A stretch of 64,000 nt of DNA from Clostridiales bacterium (GTDB taxonomy: Bacteria; Bacillota; Clostridia; Oscillospirales; CAG-272): contig JAAVZO010000034.1 in assembly GCA_022791685.1 (NCBI GenBank), positions 415 through 64,414 of the forward strand, written 5' to 3'. This document shows, piece by piece, positions 60,296-64,000 of this stretch (positions within the stretch are counted from its first letter, which is position 1; every line of letters begins with the position of its first letter). Under the pieces are notes generated by a model. That model saw only the letters and a list, made by a program, of their open reading frames with translations, was not told the DNA's origin and searched no databases. A program made the translations under genes and the position numbers.

Positions 60296-61078
60296 ATGAA
60301 AATAACCAAGCTGACTGCCGCGATTTTGACTGCTTTCATCATTATCGCACTTGCTCTTAGCGTCTCTGCCAACAATGAATTGCATTGGTATTTCAAGAAA
60401 AATGACACGCACACGCAGCCGCCGATTCCGTCGGAATTCGCATTCATCGAAAACTACGGAGGCTACTATATCGACCACGCGCATGACGATGCCAATGCTG
60501 AAAAGGTGATCTACCTCACTTTCGACGCGGGATATGAGAATGGCAACGTCGCAAAGGTTCTCGACGCACTGAAAAAGCACAACGCGACCGGAACTTTTTT
60601 TGTGCTCGAGAACCTGATCACGCGCAACACCGACCTTATCAAGCGAATGTTCGACGAAGGTCACACCGTAGCGAACCACACGATGAAGCACAAGAATATG
60701 TCGCAAATAACCGACCGCGCCGTATTCGAAGCCGAGCTTTACGGTCTCGAACAGCTATGTCTCGATATGACTGGACACAAAATGGCACGTCTCTACCGTC
60801 CGCCGGAAGGCAGCTTCTCTGAAGACAACATGAAAATCGTAAACGACATGGGCTTCAAAACGGTGTTCTGGAGCTTCGCATACGCCGATTGGGACAACAA
60901 CAAGCAGCCTTCCACCGACGCTGCGTTGTCAAAGCTGCTTGCGCACGTTCATAATGGCGAGATCCTGCTGCTTCACCCAACCAGCGCAACAAATGCAGCA
61001 ATACTCGATGAATTCCTGACCCGCCTCGAGCAGGAGGGCTACCGATTCGGCTCACTTGAGGAGCTCTGCGATGTATGA
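60296..61078 (+). CDS. pdaA: Polysaccharide deacetylase (CE4), PdaA-like delta-lactam-biosynthetic de-N-acetylase
   Basis: Signal/TM N-terminus. IYLTFDAGYENGN..., ATGTFFV, EGHTVANHTMKH, LYRPPEG, LLLHP. Confidence 0.7.
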   Translation: MKITKLTAAILTAFIIIALALSVSANNELHWYFKKNDTHTQPPIPSEFAFIENYGGYYIDHAHDDANAEKVIYLTFDAGYENGNVAKVLDALKKHNATGTFFVLENLITRNTDLIKRMFDEGHTVANHTMKHKNMSQITDRAVFEAELYGLEQLCLDMTGHKMARLYRPPEGSFSEDNMKIVNDMGFKTVFWSFAYADWDNNKQPSTDAALSKLLAHVHNGEILLLHPTSATNAAILDEFLTRLEQEGYRFGSLEELCDV

Positions 61079-61796
61079 ACTGAAAAAAGTATTTCCGCAC
61101 CGTAGACTCGCGCAGTTTCTTTCATTATTATATATACTGACGCTGCCGTTATCAATCACAGTCAGCTCAGTCGATAATTCAACAGATAACAACCAGATCG
61201 CGGTGTATTATCACGACAACAGCGAAAAACTCATCGCATTGACTTTCGACGACGGACCGCACTACAAGTACACCGAAGAAATTCTCGATATCCTCGACGA
61301 GTACAACGCAAAAGCAACTTTTTTCGTAGTTGGCGAGCTTGCCGAACGGTATCCGGAACTAATTTTACGTGAGCTTGCCGAAGGGCATGAGATCGGTAAT
61401 CACACGTGGAGCCATCCGAAGATGAAAAAATTATCCTCAAATCAACTAACAAATGAGCTCATGCGTACTGAAGAATTGTTGAATGAAATCGCCGATTACC
61501 GTCCGAAGCTATTCCGTCCGCCGGAGGGCTCGTTCGGTAAAAGCGTCGAAAATATCGCTGAACAGAACGACTACACGCTGATCCTCTGGACCGTCGACAC
61601 GCGTGACTGGGCACACACACCAGTTGACGATATCGTAAAAAACGTAATCGACAGCACCGAATCCGGCTCAATAATCCTCTGCCACGACTTCATCGGACGC
61701 GACAGCCCGACACCTGACGCAATACGCAAGTTTATTCCCGCGCTAATTGACGCAGGCTATAAATTTGTAACGGTGTCCGAATTGTTGTCTAAATAA
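61071..61796 (+). CDS. Polysaccharide deacetylase (CE4 NodB domain)
   Basis: ALTFDDGP, ATFFVVG, GHEIGNHTWSHP, LFRPPEG, ILCHD. The start at 61071 overlaps the previous gene by 8 nt. Confidence 0.8.
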   Translation: MYELKKVFPHRRLAQFLSLLYILTLPLSITVSSVDNSTDNNQIAVYYHDNSEKLIALTFDDGPHYKYTEEILDILDEYNAKATFFVVGELAERYPELILRELAEGHEIGNHTWSHPKMKKLSSNQLTNELMRTEELLNEIADYRPKLFRPPEGSFGKSVENIAEQNDYTLILWTVDTRDWAHTPVDDIVKNVIDSTESGSIILCHDFIGRDSPTPDAIRKFIPALIDAGYKFVTVSELLSK

Positions 61797-61806
61797 ACAA
61801 AATTCA

Positions 61807-61834
61807 GCAACCGAAACTATATAGTTTCGGTTGC
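61807..61834. terminator. Bidirectional terminator palindrome
   Basis: GCAACCGAAACTAT/ATAGTTTCGGTTGC between convergent genes. Confidence 0.65.
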
Positions 61835-61841
61835 TTTGCTG

Positions 61842-62764
61842 TTAGTCAATCTGCCAATAGAAGTGGTAATTCGTAAGTCCGTTAGAAATATTCACATCAT
61901 CCCGCATTTCATCAGCTGCATTTTCAGGCAGTTTGCAGTTGTACATGGAAATTTGCAGTTCATCCCAACATTTATTGAGCGGTGAGATGTCGTCAATCTC
62001 TGCCTCTTCAATGTATAAATTAGACAAACATCTCTGATTCTTTATCGGAGATATATCAAGTTTTCCCCACCAACTCTCAGAAATTCAAGCTTAATCCCGC
62101 TATTATTCAGCGCAGATATGTCAATATTTGGACATATAAGTACAAGTGAGCGCAAACTTCCGACCGCACCAAGCACATCCTGATCGACGATATCGCAGCG
62201 ATTGTATCGAATATACAGTCGCTCCAGCTCATGCAAAGCCGCAACACACCACATTTTTTCAATCGAACAGCCGCTGATTTCAAGATGTTTCAGATTCGTC
62301 AAATTAGCCAAAGGTGAAATATCACTGAGGTTTTCAACGCCATAAATAGTCAGCTTTTCAAGCTTTGTGCAATTTTTAAGCGGTGAAAGATCATCGAACG
62401 CACCCATGTAAATTTCAAGCGAACGCAGTTCGGGCATAGTTGCCACAAAGTCTATGTTGTCCAGCTCTGAATTATAGAATATTGACAACTTCGTAAGGTT
62501 TGTACACTTCGCCAGCTCATCCGGCATATTGCCAAACTGCTCGTCCCAGCCGCGGAGTTCATCTTTCCAGTAATAGCCATCCGTATTAAACGGCACACAT
62601 TCAAGGCTCTTGGCGGTGAAACAATTTCCAGCAATGGTCAGCTCAGTGACCGAATCATAATCCACCGATTCAACATTTCCCGGGACAATTGAATTTTCAA
62701 CAGCCCCACAAGCTGTGATCGATACTATCAGCACCGCAAGCATGAGCATTAGTATTTTTTTCAT
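61842..62764 (-). pseudogene. Leucine-rich-repeat lipoprotein interrupted by a -1 frameshift at a G4A4 run
   Basis: The ORF at 62042-62764 has lipobox VSITA-C and LRR units (LTNLKHLEISGC...). The LRR pattern continues in the -1 frame (...KLDISPIKNQRCLSNLYIEEAEIDDISPLNKC...) through the ORF at 61842-62027. The frames switch at GGGGAAAA (62061-62068). Confidence 0.65.
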
Positions 62765-62783
62765 AATTTACCCAACCTTTCTG

Positions 62784-63566
62784 CTATTTTTTACAGTATT
62801 GGCAGTCTGCACCCGTACATAGTTGGTCATTTTTAGCATTCCGACGTGAATTTCCGCACTTTTGACATATATCGTACCCTTCGTGAACTTTACCAATTGA
62901 AGTCTCGGACACCATGCTTTCGAATTCGCACTCCTCGATGCTGTCTCTTATCACATAGTCGCAGTAAGGATTATCGCATATCAGCTGATGCTTCGAATCG
63001 CTTATCGGAGTCCAAAAAGTGTAGTGTCCTCCTCCGACAATAAATTCGCCGCAGCTGCAATGATATGACTCAACGCACGGAATTTTGCGCTCTTCTCGCC
63101 CGTCATGCTCCACTCCGCGTACCACATACCCGCACAACACGCAGCGTTGGGAGTGAAAGTCCCACGTTCTCCCGAAATATACCCATTCATGCTCGCAAAC
63201 TTCAGCCTTTATTGTAAAAAATGACGTAATCATAGCTATAATACAGGCACATACCGCCGCCGACAGTTTGTGCAATTTCACATATTTTGCTCTCCCCTGC
63301 CGAATATATTTTCTTTGGATCGCCCTGATCGCCCGACGTTTAGTCCGCTCGTCAGGTTCATAAGCTCCTTTTTCAATTTTATCAAGCAATGCGCTGCATT
63401 TGTTAATAAGATCCATATCTGGATCATCTTTGTCAATTTCAAGGTCGATGATCGCGTTTAGATAGCTTTGCAGTCGCTCGCTTTCGTAATTTTTTTTATT
63501 CAAGAGGATCACCTCGATTGTTAGTTTACATGATTTCACTCCTCCACTCATTATTGAGCCGCTCAC
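62784..63566 (-). CDS. Anti-sigma-factor-like single-pass membrane protein with Cys-rich extracytoplasmic domain
   Basis: It sits immediately downstream of a sigma-factor gene. One central TM (LSAAVCACIIAMITSFFTI). The C-terminal 140 aa carry 17 Cys in CxxCG / Cx4C / Cx4CxxC motifs. The true start may be TTG at 63503, which follows GAGGTGA. Confidence 0.5.
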   Translation of the reverse strand: MSGSIMSGGVKSCKLTIEVILLNKKNYESERLQSYLNAIIDLEIDKDDPDMDLINKCSALLDKIEKGAYEPDERTKRRAIRAIQRKYIRQGRAKYVKLHKLSAAVCACIIAMITSFFTIKAEVCEHEWVYFGRTWDFHSQRCVLCGYVVRGVEHDGREERKIPCVESYHCSCGEFIVGGGHYTFWTPISDSKHQLICDNPYCDYVIRDSIEECEFESMVSETSIGKVHEGYDICQKCGNSRRNAKNDQLCTGADCQYCKK

Positions 63567-63613
63567 CTATATAGTCGGAGAAAAATCAATTTGTGACATA
63601 TGAATTTAAAATT

Positions 63614-64000
63614 TTATAAAAATATTGCACTGAGGAAACCGCGAATCGACTTCATCAGCTTCAGCTTGAGTCGTGAAACACGCTGTCTCATGGTCGCTTC
63701 TGACACATTATTTTCGGCAGAAAGTGCCGTATAATCAGGCTTTTTACCGATTGCACCGTGGTACAAAAGCAGCTCATCAGCGTCGAGAGCACCGAGAATA
63801 TTCGCCTTTATCTCGTCTATTTCAGCATCACTCAGTTCGTCAAACGGATTCGTCAACGCGCCATGTATCTGCTCGTCAAGCTCATCAAGAATGAAGTTTT
63901 TCCGTATTTTTCCAGTTTCTCGATAAAAATCGTCGACTTTAAATTTCGCAACACGCAGCAGCCACGCCTGCATTTTTTCAGGAGCGACCGTCTCCCAGCT
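63614..64000 (-). CDS. Sigma-70-family (ECF-like) RNA polymerase sigma factor, 5' end outside the window
   Basis: Region 2-like AWLLRVAKFKVDDFYR and region 4 HTH (NNVSEATMRQRVSRLKLKL). The reading frame stays open to position 64000. Confidence 0.7.
   Translation of the reverse strand, partial: SWETVAPEKMQAWLLRVAKFKVDDFYRETGKIRKNFILDELDEQIHGALTNPFDELSDAEIDEIKANILGALDADELLLYHGAIGKKPDYTALSAENNVSEATMRQRVSRLKLKLMKSIRGFLSAIFL

Noticed and set aside
62055-62075. Programmed -1 ribosomal frameshift in the LRR gene
   Set aside because: In the zero frame the site reads GGT GGG GAA AAC, which does not fit the X XXY YYZ slippery heptamer. No downstream pseudoknot or hairpin is evident. An indel or phase variation in the homopolymers is more parsimonious.

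Overview
The window reads as a 64-kb chromosomal segment from a spore-forming Firmicutes/Clostridia genome. Supporting features are a T-box leader, ecfA1-ecfA2-ecfT-truA, ruvCAB, PdaA-type deacetylases and a DUF4358/MBOAT/DHHW trio. I support about 55 protein-coding genes. Most are housekeeping: pnp-rpsO, polA, alaS, pheA, mtnA, and a near-complete arginine pathway (argG, then argH-argC-SDR-argJ-argB-argD-argF). I saw no rRNA, tRNA, CRISPR array, transposase or integrase. Several intergenic regions carry near-perfect TTGACA-17-TATAAT promoters and clear hairpin terminators. The points most worth a second look are:

1. A full-length P-type ATPase homologue (37076-39856) in which every catalytic signature I can align (TGES, PEGLP, DKTGT, TGD, GDGxND) is replaced. 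It starts 21 nt after a two-ring Clp/Hsp100 ATPase whose N-terminus is a CxxC...CxxC zinc ribbon instead of Clp_N repeats.
2. A ThiH/HydG-like protein with a conserved BATS-type C-terminus but no CX3CX2C radical-SAM motif (46139-47221).
3. A compact three-way-junction palindrome cluster in the argG 5' leader (56335-56413).
4. An SDR gene embedded in the arg operon.
5. A T-box leader in front of a COG2984-type ABC importer whose specifier is apparently not Trp.
6. Structured intergenic segments inside ruvA-ruvB and upstream of a DUF5711-like gene.
7. An AT-rich island (about 56.4-60.2 kb) of secreted proteins and lipoproteins.
8. A sigma / Cys-rich anti-sigma-like / frameshifted LRR lipoprotein module at the 3' edge.

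All functional calls rest on motif recognition by eye; no database search was possible.
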